Assembly: GCA_021463485.1 (NCBI GenBank)
Contig: JAJTYJ010000001.1
Span: forward strand, 1,378 to 65,377
DNA length: 64,000 nucleotides
From: a bacterium
Lineage (GTDB): Bacteria; Patescibacteriota; UBA1384; 2-12-FULL-50-11
Reading direction: 5' to 3'
Below the pieces are notes generated by a model, which was given only the letters and a program-made list of their open reading frames with translations, was not told the DNA's origin and did no database searches. The translations under genes and the position numbers were made by a program. Positions 27,684 through 37,817 of this stretch are shown here, in pieces; position 1 is the first letter of the stretch; each line of letters opens with the position of its first letter.

Positions 27684-28462
27684 TTAATCACAAAAACCGT
27701 TTGAATATTTCGGATATTAATCGGCGAGGCGATACGCGCAGAAACGAAGATCTCCTCTTTAGTAGAAGTTACCTCTTCGATCGTGCCGACTGCGATTCCC
27801 GCCGGGTATAAACCCTCCATCGAAGATGTAACAACCAAATCACCGACTTTTACCGCGGCGTCAACTGGAATGGTGTCGACAACTAACCCGCGAATACCGC
27901 CCTTTAATATCCCCGAAGTTTTGCCCTCAGTTAATAGGACGGGGGTGAGAAGATTTCGATTAGATAATAACCACACTTCCGAGGTTGATTCGCTGACTTT
28001 CTTTATCTTTCCGATTAGATAGCCGTTTGAGACAACCGCTTGTTCAAGAGCAACGCCGTCTTTTGTGCCACGGTTAAGCGTCAGGGCTTGGAAAGTTCCG
28101 GCCGGTGAATAATTAAGAATTGTGGCTGGCAGCAGCGTGAGATCGCTACGCGTCTTTGAAAATCCGAGATCTTTCTTTAATAATTCGTTTTCGTTTTTCA
28201 GTGCTGACAAGTTTGAGAGCTGCGCACGCAGTTCGTTATTTTGTTGTTTTAGTTCAGCGTTTTCTTTCGATAACTCGGTAATTGAGCCGATTAGCGAAAA
28301 AAACGTGCGGACCTTACGAACTGATGTGTCGAACGCAATTACTGGGGCAGCGATCGCGTTACGGGCCACATCGCGTACTGGTTTGAACAACGCAAACTGA
28401 GCAACAACGATTAAGAGAATAACAATAATAATTGCAGTCGGTCGACGACGGAATCGCCTCAT
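27680..28462 (-). CDS. mreC: Rod shape-determining protein MreC
   Basis: N-terminal TM, coiled-coil 'ELKQQNNELRAQLSNL', and a beta-rich C-terminal domain. Confidence 0.85.
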   Translation of the reverse strand: MRRFRRRPTAIIIVILLIVVAQFALFKPVRDVARNAIAAPVIAFDTSVRKVRTFFSLIGSITELSKENAELKQQNNELRAQLSNLSALKNENELLKKDLGFSKTRSDLTLLPATILNYSPAGTFQALTLNRGTKDGVALEQAVVSNGYLIGKIKKVSESTSEVWLLSNRNLLTPVLLTEGKTSGILKGGIRGLVVDTIPVDAAVKVGDLVVTSSMEGLYPAGIAVGTIEEVTSTKEEIFVSARIASPINIRNIQTVFVIK

Positions 28463-29499
28463 CGCAACGCGCTACTAAGCAGTACACTGTCTAACGTTTC
28501 TAGGTCTTCCAACACGACCCCAGTGCCGCGGGCCACAGCGGTTAGCGGTTCGTCAGCGATATAAACTTTCGTCTGCGTTGCTTGCGAGATCAGGGTGTCG
28601 ATGTCTTTAAGTAGCGCGCCGCCGCCGGCCAAAACGATACCGCGATCCATAATATCCGCAACTAGCTCTGGTGGGGTTTCCTCAATAGTTTGTTTTACTG
28701 ATTCAACGATGATCGTTATCGACTTAGCGATGGCTCGTCGAACTTGTTCGTCGTTGATAATAACCTCTCTTGGCAAACCGCTAACTAAGTCTCGGCCGCG
28801 CATCGGACGCTCGAGTTTATCTTTTAATGGATAAGCTGACCCGATCTCAATTTTAATCCGTTCAGCCGTTCGCTCGCCAAGCAGTAAATTAAAGTTATCT
28901 CTAGCAAAGTCGATAATATCTTGGTTCATTTCGTCGCCAGCAGTCCGCACCGAACGCGACGCGACTATTCCGCCCATCGAAATAACAGCGACCTCAGTTG
29001 TACCGCCTCCGATATCAACGATCATACTGCCCGTAGCTTCCTGTATCGGCAGACGGGCGCCGATCGCCGCAGCGACTGGTTCCTCGATCAAGAAAGCTTG
29101 ACGAGCGCCAGCGTTCATCGCAGCTTCTTCAACGGCACGTCGCTCAACCTCCGTGACGCCGTACGGGATACCGATCAGCACTCGGGGACGAGGGAGAAAA
29201 GAAAACCGCTCCTTATGAACGCGATCGATAAAGTACTTCAACATTTGCTCGGTTATTTCGAAGTCGCTAACGACGCCGTCGACTAACGGTCTAGTGGCGA
29301 CGATATGACCTGGCGTTTTTCCAACCATAATTTGCGCCTCGTGACCGATTGCTAGCACTTGTTTTGTTTTTTGGTTAACCGCTACAACCGACGGCTCGTT
29401 GATGACAATCCCTTTACCGCGTACGTACACTAGGGTGTTAGCAGTACCTAAATCGATGCCGATATCATGTGAAAATGCACCGAAAAAGCGGTTAATCAT
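28459..29499 (-). CDS. mreB: Actin-like rod shape protein MreB
   Basis: 'DIGIDLGTANTLVYV', 'MIVDIGGGTTEVAVISMGG' and 'LAGGGALL' motifs. Confidence 0.95.
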   Translation of the reverse strand: MINRFFGAFSHDIGIDLGTANTLVYVRGKGIVINEPSVVAVNQKTKQVLAIGHEAQIMVGKTPGHIVATRPLVDGVVSDFEITEQMLKYFIDRVHKERFSFLPRPRVLIGIPYGVTEVERRAVEEAAMNAGARQAFLIEEPVAAAIGARLPIQEATGSMIVDIGGGTTEVAVISMGGIVASRSVRTAGDEMNQDIIDFARDNFNLLLGERTAERIKIEIGSAYPLKDKLERPMRGRDLVSGLPREVIINDEQVRRAIAKSITIIVESVKQTIEETPPELVADIMDRGIVLAGGGALLKDIDTLISQATQTKVYIADEPLTAVARGTGVVLEDLETLDSVLLSSALR

Positions 29500-29546
29500 T
29501 GTGATTGAATTCTATGGTATGAGGGTTCGAAAATCAATGACGAGTC

Positions 29547-30302
29547 CTAGCGGTACACCAGGATGTTACGACTGCCGGTGGTGATGTCGCCGGCCGTGTA
29601 GTCGTGGATGGCGTTTAATAAGTCGTTCTTCTGGTAACGAAAGTGCTCACCTCGTCGCGTACCGGGATCGTTAGTAATAAACTCGTCGCTATCGTAACCG
29701 ATCACCACCAGCATATGATAACGCGGTCCCGGAGGAGTAAAATACGGATTTGGTAAAAGACGGCCAGCCGCTGGTAAAATTACTGGATTGCCATCGACGA
29801 TCTCTTGCTCAATTTGTTCAGCAGTTGGGTTTTTTATAATTTCAGCGCCGTCAAAACCAAGATACGAACGTGCGGCGTCACGGAGTTCTTTGACTGTCAC
29901 ATCGTACCCGTATCCGCTCAACGTCTGCCACTCCACAAAGTTGATTAACTTTCGATCGAGCGCTTCAAGCTCCATCGCCGGCTCCTTTTTCTTATAGGTG
30001 TAGACCATTAACAGACTTGCTTCTTCACATGTTTCCTTGTGAATAGCGCCCCACCGCCCAAACGGAGCTTGCGAATAAAAGGGCACCTCAAGCAGCGCGC
30101 TGGTTGGGAGCGGCTTCTTTACTTCTGGTTCTTTTTTCTCTTCGGGCGGTGGATTTACGACTGTCGGCGTGTTGCTTGTTGGTGTAGTTGTAAACGTCGG
30201 TTTTATATCTTGCTTACGTGTACCAAGATATAAAACCGTACTGCTAATACCAATAAACAGACCAATTGCCACAACATAAGCAAATTGAGAACTCTTATAC
30301 AT
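29547..30302 (-). CDS. Membrane-anchored papain-like peptidase, C39_2 (YvpB/BtrH-like) family
   Basis: TM anchor and Pro/Thr linker, then 'FYSQAPFGRWGAIHKETCEEASLLM' (the catalytic Cys context of C39-like domains). The start is set at Met14, which gives a 1-nt ATGA-type overlap with the upstream stop. Confidence 0.6.
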   Translation of the reverse strand: MYKSSQFAYVVAIGLFIGISSTVLYLGTRKQDIKPTFTTTPTSNTPTVVNPPPEEKKEPEVKKPLPTSALLEVPFYSQAPFGRWGAIHKETCEEASLLMVYTYKKKEPAMELEALDRKLINFVEWQTLSGYGYDVTVKELRDAARSYLGFDGAEIIKNPTAEQIEQEIVDGNPVILPAAGRLLPNPYFTPPGPRYHMLVVIGYDSDEFITNDPGTRRGEHFRYQKNDLLNAIHDYTAGDITTGSRNILVYR

Positions 30303-32194
30303 CAGTACACCACCACTCCCGCCCGGCTTAATCTCGCCCAATTACTGTCAAATTCCGCTGCTTTCCAAGTAACTCGCCCGGCGATCGGGTCGTTAACGAT
30401 AATTGCTGTTGGCGACTGAACGTTGCCTTTATAACCGATCACAGTCCGTGCGTGCTCGCCTTTCCAAGCCGGGATAGTTTTACCACTCGGCGTTACCCAA
30501 GGATCATAATATGCTCTACCCTGAGTTCCCCAAACAACGATCGGATTCCCGGCGTCGATCTCTCTTGCTAAATCCTGAAGCGTCATATTTGTTTGCGCCT
30601 TAGCAGCTCGGTAGCTCGACGCGGCTTTTGCAATCGGCGCCCAGTGAACCCCGTATCCAGTACTATTTTGTGAGCCGTTAATATCACCAACAAATGCTAG
30701 GTCTGGATCGCCCCAAACATTCCCAGACCGAGTCGTTGGGTCATAACCGATATGACTCATGATCTCATCTTCGCTCACACGAACTCCCCGATACGCCAGC
30801 GCCATTTTCAACGCAGCGGCTTCGCACGAGAGCGCCCGATCTTGTTTATCAAGTGTTACGTTAAGCGTAATGATCTTCTCTTCAGTTGAAAATGTACTAG
30901 TAACCGCCGATCTCATCGTCTTTTGATAACGGCTCGCCGCACTTGATCCGATCGAAACTGTGTATTGAGTTGAGTACTCAAGTGACGCGGCAGGAATTAG
31001 TTGAAGCGTAACGTCGTCTTTCCAGTTCTTGGAGTAAATAATGGTTGGCGAGATACTGACGGCGCGTTCGACCGAGCTTCTATCGACCGGTTGGTTGAAT
31101 TTTATCGTGACAACAGACAATCTCGAGACACCGGTTGATTTTGAGGTCGGGACGATACTACGAATCTCTAACGGCCCGACTGTGGAAAACGAATACGTCC
31201 CGGCACTAACGATCGTGCTTCCTTCGGACGACGATAGTCCTGGTTGAACTGTTAATCTGTAAGTGGTTTCAAATTTGAGGCGCTCGTTAAACAGATACTC
31301 TGCAACCTGCCCACTCGCCAGAACCCAGCTTCCAGCAGTTTTAGGCTCTAAACTAAGAAAAGTGATTGCCGATTCAGACACGTCTTGAGCAAATGTTACA
31401 GTCAGCTTCGAGAGATCGGGTAATACGTCTGCTCCTTGAGGCGAAACAGCAGCAATCCCTAGCGGCTCAGTTGTAGTAAATTGCTTTGTAATTACTTGTT
31501 CGCGTGCACCTCTCTGTATGACTTTTTGCAAACCGGTATCGTACCGAATAATCTCTCGATCGACAGTCAATTCGTACGTAACCCCTTGTTGTAACGGTGC
31601 CTTCGGAGTTAATAGAAATTGACTCTGGTTTTTTGCGCTCACTACATCAAACTCAAACTCTGGTTTGAACGAGAAAAAGTACTCGACAACGCGCTCGGCA
31701 GGGAAATCAAGGTCGACAACAACTGGCTCAGTTATTTTATGCGGCGAGCCGACGGTAATATTTTTGATCGATGGCAATGGTTGAGTCATAAAACTTACGG
31801 TGTGTGCTGTGCCGTCACTGGAGCTAAGTACCCCACGGATACCAGAAAGAGTAACGGTATACGTGGTGTTCGGCTGAAGCGCGCTGGTTGGCTCGAAAAC
31901 GACTGTGCGGAATAACCGACCGGCGATCACCGGATCTTCCCAGTGCCAACGCCCCTCGGTCTCCGGCGTGATAACCGGCGTAAAACTTTCGCGTGAGACC
32001 GGTAAAGAAAATGAAACTCTAATATCGGTTAATAGCTCCGCGCGGCTATTTTGTGACGCGATCAGCGTTTCTTGAACCTTGGGCGACACAAACGATAACA
32101 TCACACCAACGACAGCTAGAATAGCTAGCGCTCCCAGCGATAACTGGACAACAAACGCTCGAGGATGCTCAGCCCATGAGCGCCAAAGTTTCAT
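30302..32194 (-). CDS. Large envelope protein: TM anchor, tandem Ig-like domains and a C-terminal C39_2-like peptidase domain
   Basis: The C-terminal region 'LSCEAAALKMALAYRG...PIVVWGTQG...WKGEHARTVIGY...VNDP' is paralogous to the 29547..30302 product. Upstream are repeated beta-rich segments of about 100 aa. Confidence 0.6.
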   Translation of the reverse strand: MKLWRSWAEHPRAFVVQLSLGALAILAVVGVMLSFVSPKVQETLIASQNSRAELLTDIRVSFSLPVSRESFTPVITPETEGRWHWEDPVIAGRLFRTVVFEPTSALQPNTTYTVTLSGIRGVLSSSDGTAHTVSFMTQPLPSIKNITVGSPHKITEPVVVDLDFPAERVVEYFFSFKPEFEFDVVSAKNQSQFLLTPKAPLQQGVTYELTVDREIIRYDTGLQKVIQRGAREQVITKQFTTTEPLGIAAVSPQGADVLPDLSKLTVTFAQDVSESAITFLSLEPKTAGSWVLASGQVAEYLFNERLKFETTYRLTVQPGLSSSEGSTIVSAGTYSFSTVGPLEIRSIVPTSKSTGVSRLSVVTIKFNQPVDRSSVERAVSISPTIIYSKNWKDDVTLQLIPAASLEYSTQYTVSIGSSAASRYQKTMRSAVTSTFSTEEKIITLNVTLDKQDRALSCEAAALKMALAYRGVRVSEDEIMSHIGYDPTTRSGNVWGDPDLAFVGDINGSQNSTGYGVHWAPIAKAASSYRAAKAQTNMTLQDLAREIDAGNPIVVWGTQGRAYYDPWVTPSGKTIPAWKGEHARTVIGYKGNVQSPTAIIVNDPIAGRVTWKAAEFDSNWARLSRAGVVVY

Positions 32195-32835
32195 CGCTCG
32201 TACAATGACTTAGCCGCCGAGTAGATCGGGCCAAAGAAAGCACCGAACAACGCCACCACAATTAATTCTTCAAGCGGTAGCCCGGCTACTGTTGCGCCGC
32301 TTAGCCCCTCGGTAAACCACAAGCTACTAAGCGAGCCAGATCCGTGGGTAATAAGCGAAAATAGTACCGCGTACAACAATCCTGTACCGATCGCGGAAAA
32401 CATCGCGTCCCAAAATAGATCTGATCGTAATAGCATAAGTAGAACCACGTTTATCGCTAATCCTATTATCACCGCTACCACCAACGGAACGACTCCAAAT
32501 AAGAATAGCGATAAGCCAATCATTAAGCCGATCAGAAATACTGATAGGTGCTGTCGCGTCGATGAGCGCTTCTTTGTAAAATGTGTCGAAAATACTAGTT
32601 CGTAGATAACCGCTGAAAGACCACCAAACAGAAACACGATCAGCGCTTGAATTAGAAAATATTGATACAGCTGCGTTGTAGTTAGCTGTTCGAAATACCC
32701 AGTTCTTAACAACGGATCGATAATTACTAACGGCAGGGCACAGAGCCCCCCAAGTACGTAGTGTTTTCGAATCTCTCGGTTACGAGTTAATATCGTCACG
32801 CTTACTATTATTAATAGAGCAACAGCATATGCCAT
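32191..32835 (-). CDS. Polytopic membrane protein, unknown function
   Basis: 214 aa with 5-6 hydrophobic helices. Confidence 0.4.
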   Translation of the reverse strand: MAYAVALLIIVSVTILTRNREIRKHYVLGGLCALPLVIIDPLLRTGYFEQLTTTQLYQYFLIQALIVFLFGGLSAVIYELVFSTHFTKKRSSTRQHLSVFLIGLMIGLSLFLFGVVPLVVAVIIGLAINVVLLMLLRSDLFWDAMFSAIGTGLLYAVLFSLITHGSGSLSSLWFTEGLSGATVAGLPLEELIVVALFGAFFGPIYSAAKSLYER

Positions 32836-33758
32836 TAGAAATACTGTCTAACCTTAGCCCGATGCTCCTCGTAGGTTTTTGAAAAAATCGTCTCGCCTTT
32901 CGCGTGAAAATAATAGAAGTAATCGTGAGTTTCTGGGTTTAGAACTGCTTTAATACTCTCTAGCCCAGGATTAGCGATAGGACCAGGAGGCAAGCCGTCG
33001 TTGAGGTAAGTATTATACGGGGAGATAACATTACGATAATCATCAACGGTTACGATCGATTTCGACGACCCCTTGGCGTATTGTATCGTCGCATCAGCCT
33101 CAAGTCTCATACCCTTTTTTAACCGATTCACGTAAACTCCTGCGATCGCAGCTCGGTCGCTCGGACCCTTAGCTTCGCGCTCAATTATTGAGGCCAATAT
33201 CACTACGTCCGGGTCGACTCGTAACTCCTTAGTACGCAATTCAAAGTTATCGCGTAAACGCTCGATCACCCCCTCGATAGTTTCGTCGATCTTGAACTCG
33301 TAGGTATCAGGAAAAAGATAGCCCTCGTATTGTTTGGCAGCGGCGGCAAATCCGACCATCTGCTTTAGACCCTTCTGCTCAACGAGCTCTGTTTCAATAT
33401 CGCTTGCCCACCAACCTTCTTTGATAGTAATACGGATGACTTTAAATTTGCCTTTGTTGAGTTGCTCAAGAATTGTACTGGCTGAGTCTCCGGCTGACAG
33501 CTCGTATGTGCCAGGAATAATCACACCTTTTACGAGCTTACTGTATACAAAAAAAGCAAACTGACTTTTAATAAGCCCTTCGGATGATAGCGTCTGAGCG
33601 ATACTCGCTCGCGACATACCGGCGACAATTTTTATTTCTTTTTTATCTGTATTACCGGCGTCTTTCGGGCCTAGTAGATAAATAAAAGTCACTGAAAAAA
33701 TCAGCAGTAGAGCTAGTAACACTAATGCGCCGCGCTTAAGAAACACCATTCTCTTCAA
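32835..33758 (-). CDS. mltG: Endolytic murein transglycosylase MltG (YceG-like)
   Basis: N-terminal TM and YceG domain with the 'KGPSDRAAIAGVYVNRL' motif. Confidence 0.85.
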   Translation of the reverse strand: MKRMVFLKRGALVLLALLLIFSVTFIYLLGPKDAGNTDKKEIKIVAGMSRASIAQTLSSEGLIKSQFAFFVYSKLVKGVIIPGTYELSAGDSASTILEQLNKGKFKVIRITIKEGWWASDIETELVEQKGLKQMVGFAAAAKQYEGYLFPDTYEFKIDETIEGVIERLRDNFELRTKELRVDPDVVILASIIEREAKGPSDRAAIAGVYVNRLKKGMRLEADATIQYAKGSSKSIVTVDDYRNVISPYNTYLNDGLPPGPIANPGLESIKAVLNPETHDYFYYFHAKGETIFSKTYEEHRAKVRQYF

Positions 33759-34170
33759 AGTATTGCTGTAAAATTAACTGCGCCGATACCTGGTGAACCC
33801 GCTCTTTGGCGTTAGTTACAGAGATTCCTTGGGATTCCAGAATTTCCTGCGCCATAAAACTAGTTAACGTCTCATTAACAAAATGAACCTGACAGTTTGT
33901 TTTCTTCTCTAGCTCAGCCACAAACGATGAGATCTTCTTTGACTCTTCTGTATGTTTATTGCGCTCATTGACAGGTAGCCCAACAACAAACGCGCTCGCC
34001 TCTTCGATCTCAAGTAGTGTTTGTAGCTCCGCAATCGCAGTTTTTTTAGTCTCACCGAAATAGAACGATTCGTTCTTTTTACAACTTAACGTTGTTAATT
34101 CAGTTGCAAGCGCTTCGCCAACCGCCACTCCGATGTATCGACTACCAATATCTAAACCTAAGTAACGCAT
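33736..34170 (-). CDS. ruvX: RuvX/YqgF-family Holliday-junction-resolvase-like ribonuclease
   Basis: 'YLGLDIGSRYIGVAVG' N-terminus; about 144 aa. Confidence 0.85.
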   Translation of the reverse strand: MRYLGLDIGSRYIGVAVGEALATELTTLSCKKNESFYFGETKKTAIAELQTLLEIEEASAFVVGLPVNERNKHTEESKKISSFVAELEKKTNCQVHFVNETLTSFMAQEILESQGISVTNAKERVHQVSAQLILQQYFEENGVS

Positions 34171-35937
34171 TTACTCGATCGGTTTTTTATTACTAAATCC
34201 GTACTCGACCCGTATTGCGCCTTCCAGTAATGGCAGACGTGCGATCCACCAACTCGGCGAGATACTAACCTCAACTGAATCAGCTTTGTACGTCTCTATG
34301 ATCGAGTTTTTGGCAGAATCGACACTTTTATTTTTAACCGAGCGAGCGATTGTGGCTTTGTCGATCTTCTCAACCATATAGCCGCTCCCCGCTACCTCGA
34401 TTGTTAGTTTGGTCTTATCATCGGTAATACCTTTTGTTGTTATCGATGGCTCTTTGCCATCCTCAAATACCAACTCCTGAGTCTCGGTCAAGGTAGAGGA
34501 TAGCTTAGCTCTGAACTGGTCGTCTACAAGTTTTTTCTCGAAGGCTAGGCTGGCAAATTCTATCTTTAGAGTTAAATTAACGCTCTGTGCTTCCTCATCT
34601 ACTTTCTTATCGGTTGTTTGCTCTTTCACTGTCTGCCAAACAGCATCAGGAAGAATTAATAGACCCTTTGCTTTTTCCGCCAAATCGGCTTTTGCTTTCG
34701 TTTCCATCTCCGCCTTAGCGGTGGCGACGGCGGTATCGAGATCTTGTTGTGAAAGAACAGTAATTTGTTTGGTTAACCCGCCCGAAAACGCTTCAGTACT
34801 TTCGATAACGGTATTATCAAGCGCGCCCGCCAACGTAAACGACGATTTAGGAATATTGTAGCTCTCGCCCGGCTCGACGGCAGTGACCTTTACGGTTTTT
34901 GTGTCGTAAATAGGTTGCCCGTTGTTTGGGTTGAACGTAACTCTCGAAACGGTCACCGCATTATTAAGAGTGAAAACTTTTTTTGTAGAGACATCTGTCG
35001 CCTTCGTTCCGGTGGCAAATGTCTGGTCTTTACCGGCCCCAGACCCGTCACGGTACTTATTGGTGATACTAATAGTACCCGTAGCTTTACTGCCGATATC
35101 TTTTTTACCGGTCGCCGTGATAGTTGTACTCGAAGACTGCTCACTGGTGACAACACTACCCTTTACCGCGCCTTCGGCAGTTTCCGTTTGCACCGCCAAT
35201 AACAACGTATCGCTAACTGGCTCAGCTGGTAAGACAACAGTGATTGTGGCTTTCGGCAACAGGAAAAACGTTACTGTGGTTAATACTATAAGAATTCCCA
35301 GCGCGATTAACGCCGCCTTCCAGGGAAATTTAAACGGTTCCGAGGCTCGTGGAGCGCCGACTCGAGTTACGATCGGCGGCAGCGATGCGCCGTCAGCTTC
35401 CTTGGGCTGCTCCTCGGCATCAGGCTGCTTATCGTCAGTAGTTTCGATTGATGATGGGGTAGTAACCGTAATGATTTTTTCCTCGGTATCGGCATCGGCC
35501 GTCGCCTCTGACTCAGAAAACTCTTCGAGTTCGCTACTCTCATGCTCCGCAACCGAAGTTGCACCGCCCATAACTGGGCGGTTGGGATTATACTGGCGAA
35601 CCGGAACACCGTCGATCGTCGTGTCTACAGTTGCTGGCTCTTCAGGCGCTGTCGATCTAACCGGTTGCTGGGGCGAGTTTGCGATAGCACCGAGCGAAGC
35701 GTATGTCGGTACCCCTACTTGTTTTGCGAGTCTCGTACCGATCTTGTTTCCAGAGATAATTACTACCTCTTTTTGGAGATTCTTTGCCTCTTTTGCTAAG
35801 AGTTTTAAATTAACCAAGCTCTGGAAAAGCGAGCTATTTTTCGGGACAACAAGCGCAACGCTTCCGTCGCCTTCGGCGCCGATTTTCTCGATAACTGAGG
35901 TTATTTCCTCGTCTGGTTCTAAATAAATCTGTTTCAT
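34171..35937 (-). CDS. Hypothetical bitopic protein (N-terminal cytoplasmic domain, TM, extracytoplasmic T/K-rich domain) translationally coupled to ftsA
   Basis: 588 aa, with its start codon overlapping the ftsA stop. It has an about 85-aa N-terminal globular region, an acidic linker and a TM ('AALIALGILIVLTTVTFFLLP'). The long opposite-strand ORF 34922..35926 looks like a low-complexity complement shadow. Confidence 0.5.
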   Translation of the reverse strand: MKQIYLEPDEEITSVIEKIGAEGDGSVALVVPKNSSLFQSLVNLKLLAKEAKNLQKEVVIISGNKIGTRLAKQVGVPTYASLGAIANSPQQPVRSTAPEEPATVDTTIDGVPVRQYNPNRPVMGGATSVAEHESSELEEFSESEATADADTEEKIITVTTPSSIETTDDKQPDAEEQPKEADGASLPPIVTRVGAPRASEPFKFPWKAALIALGILIVLTTVTFFLLPKATITVVLPAEPVSDTLLLAVQTETAEGAVKGSVVTSEQSSSTTITATGKKDIGSKATGTISITNKYRDGSGAGKDQTFATGTKATDVSTKKVFTLNNAVTVSRVTFNPNNGQPIYDTKTVKVTAVEPGESYNIPKSSFTLAGALDNTVIESTEAFSGGLTKQITVLSQQDLDTAVATAKAEMETKAKADLAEKAKGLLILPDAVWQTVKEQTTDKKVDEEAQSVNLTLKIEFASLAFEKKLVDDQFRAKLSSTLTETQELVFEDGKEPSITTKGITDDKTKLTIEVAGSGYMVEKIDKATIARSVKNKSVDSAKNSIIETYKADSVEVSISPSWWIARLPLLEGAIRVEYGFSNKKPIE

Positions 35938-37250
35938 TACTGTTTAAGTCCCGCTACTGCCTTCTTCATAACACTTTCCAGAATACTGGATTCTCCGATT
36001 AAATCTAAGGCGACGTTCGCCAACGCTAACGGCGTCACTTCCGACACGTCGGATAACTGTTTTGTCTCATCGACCATATTAGCGACGTCACTTGGTTTAA
36101 TAAATTGAACATCGGGCTGCCTGGCAAACGGTAAACTCTTATACCAGTCGCTGCTTTGAAGTGCCTGCTTTATTTCTGGTAAGTTACTCCCACCGCCACA
36201 AAGTAGAATCTTTGAAGGTAACAAATCGCCCTCACCAAACTCTTCAAGAGAGATCTCGAGCGCCGAGAGCCAAACGCGAACATCCGCTTTGAGAGCATGT
36301 TTAATTAACTCAGCCTTTTCGGCTTCAAGAGTAGCGGCGCTGTATTGAAGTTTAGCTTCTTCGCCGATCTGGAACGTTTCGCCAAGCGCCGCCGCAACGC
36401 GTTTTGTAAACGCTCGGCCGCCGATTGCAAACATCTTAGTCCCCTCAACGCCGCCGTTTCGTACGACCGCTACGTCGGTGGTGCCGCCGCCGATATCGAT
36501 AAAAATCGCGGCAAAGTCGGTCGATTCTTCGTCGATGCAGCGGGCCACCGCGTATGGCTCGGCCGCGACGGCTAAGAGCTCTAATCCGAGCTCTCGAACG
36601 ACTGTTTCGATCGCCCCAAGTTGAACGATCGGCGCAAACGAATTATAAACACCGACAGCCAGCTGCTTCCCTTGATAACTCATCGGGTTCGCGACTTTGT
36701 AGCCGTCGATAACAACGCTAACGATTGCGGCGTTTACTAGTTGAACGTCGATCTCATCTTGACCGGTTTCGGCTGCTAGTTCTGCGCGCGCCTGGCGAAA
36801 CGCCTCGGCTTGAACTTGATTGACGATGTCTTGAAGCTCGCTCATCTGGATCTGCTGTTGCGGTTTGGTTCGATTCACCTTGATACTAGCTGTGGTTCCT
36901 TTAACAAGTTCGCCGGCGATACCTACGATCACTTTATCTGGTAAAAATTTGGCTTGCTCAGCTGCTTGCTCGATCGCTTTCTCACAGTTAATCGCAACGC
37001 CGTGAATATCGGTTACGCCGCCGCCTTGCATATCAGAAAGTCGCTGTCTGGCTCTACCGGCGCCGCGAACAATACCCTTACCATCAATAACTTCAAAAAC
37101 CAAAGCTTTTACGTACTCGGTACCGATATCTAAGCTAATCGCCCAGTTACTCTGCTTCTTCTTCCCTCCAAAAAGTCCCATTCGTATCCTCAAAATACCA
37201 GTTTGACCCTGGACAAGCAACGTAATTATCAGTAAAATTACCTCGTTCAT
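35937..37250 (-). CDS. ftsA: Cell division protein FtsA (actin-like ATPase)
   Basis: 'ISLDIGTEYVKALVFE', 'IFIDIGGGTTDVAVV' and 'LLCGGGSNLPEI'. The start may be the internal Met at about 37181. Confidence 0.8.
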   Translation of the reverse strand: MNEVILLIITLLVQGQTGILRIRMGLFGGKKKQSNWAISLDIGTEYVKALVFEVIDGKGIVRGAGRARQRLSDMQGGGVTDIHGVAINCEKAIEQAAEQAKFLPDKVIVGIAGELVKGTTASIKVNRTKPQQQIQMSELQDIVNQVQAEAFRQARAELAAETGQDEIDVQLVNAAIVSVVIDGYKVANPMSYQGKQLAVGVYNSFAPIVQLGAIETVVRELGLELLAVAAEPYAVARCIDEESTDFAAIFIDIGGGTTDVAVVRNGGVEGTKMFAIGGRAFTKRVAAALGETFQIGEEAKLQYSAATLEAEKAELIKHALKADVRVWLSALEISLEEFGEGDLLPSKILLCGGGSNLPEIKQALQSSDWYKSLPFARQPDVQFIKPSDVANMVDETKQLSDVSEVTPLALANVALDLIGESSILESVMKKAVAGLKQ

Positions 37251-37265
37251 ATTTAGGAGAAAATT

Positions 37266-37817
37266 GTGTCTGCAAAACTGGAAATACTGGAGTTCCTTAA
37301 TAACTCACTGCAATCGCCACCACTCGACATTCTATGTTCATACAGTGAAGAGGTCTTTGATCGTGCTACTACCTCTCAAGACCTAATCAAAGGAGATATT
37401 GAGGGGCAGGTTAGGCTGTGGTGTCGACGTGGATCATTCTTCAAAAACCTTGCCCAATCAGATCTCGAGAATCTTCGAGATCAAAAGGCGGGAGCTGCTC
37501 GATCAATCTTATACTCACGACTTTGTGTTACCTTGTTGGGCCACCGACCAAATTCTATAGAGATGGCTAACCTTTTCGCAGGAGATAAGCCGATCGCTAA
37601 AAGAATCCTGGCGAGTACCAACCCTGAAGCCATAAAGATTCGTGAACACCTGGCTCCCGCTATGATCACTATGGAATTGTTTGGACTCGCTGAAGTACTT
37701 GCACTTCGAAACATAAACTATGAAAACGAAGTAGAGGTTGCTCAGGCAACTGAACGATTTATGCATCGTGCTGATCGCCTAACCGAACTGCTTGTCTTCA
37801 GACGCAGCGTGCTTTGA
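37266..37817 (+). CDS. Hypothetical protein
   Basis: 183-aa ORF convergent with alaS; no recognisable motifs. Confidence 0.35.
   Translation: MSAKLEILEFLNNSLQSPPLDILCSYSEEVFDRATTSQDLIKGDIEGQVRLWCRRGSFFKNLAQSDLENLRDQKAGAARSILYSRLCVTLLGHRPNSIEMANLFAGDKPIAKRILASTNPEAIKIREHLAPAMITMELFGLAEVLALRNINYENEVEVAQATERFMHRADRLTELLVFRRSVL

Noticed and set aside
34922-35926. 334-aa plus-strand ORF inside the 588-aa minus-strand gene
   Set aside because: It is a low-complexity S/V/A-rich shadow of the T/K/E-rich coding strand. The minus-strand gene is translationally coupled to ftsA.
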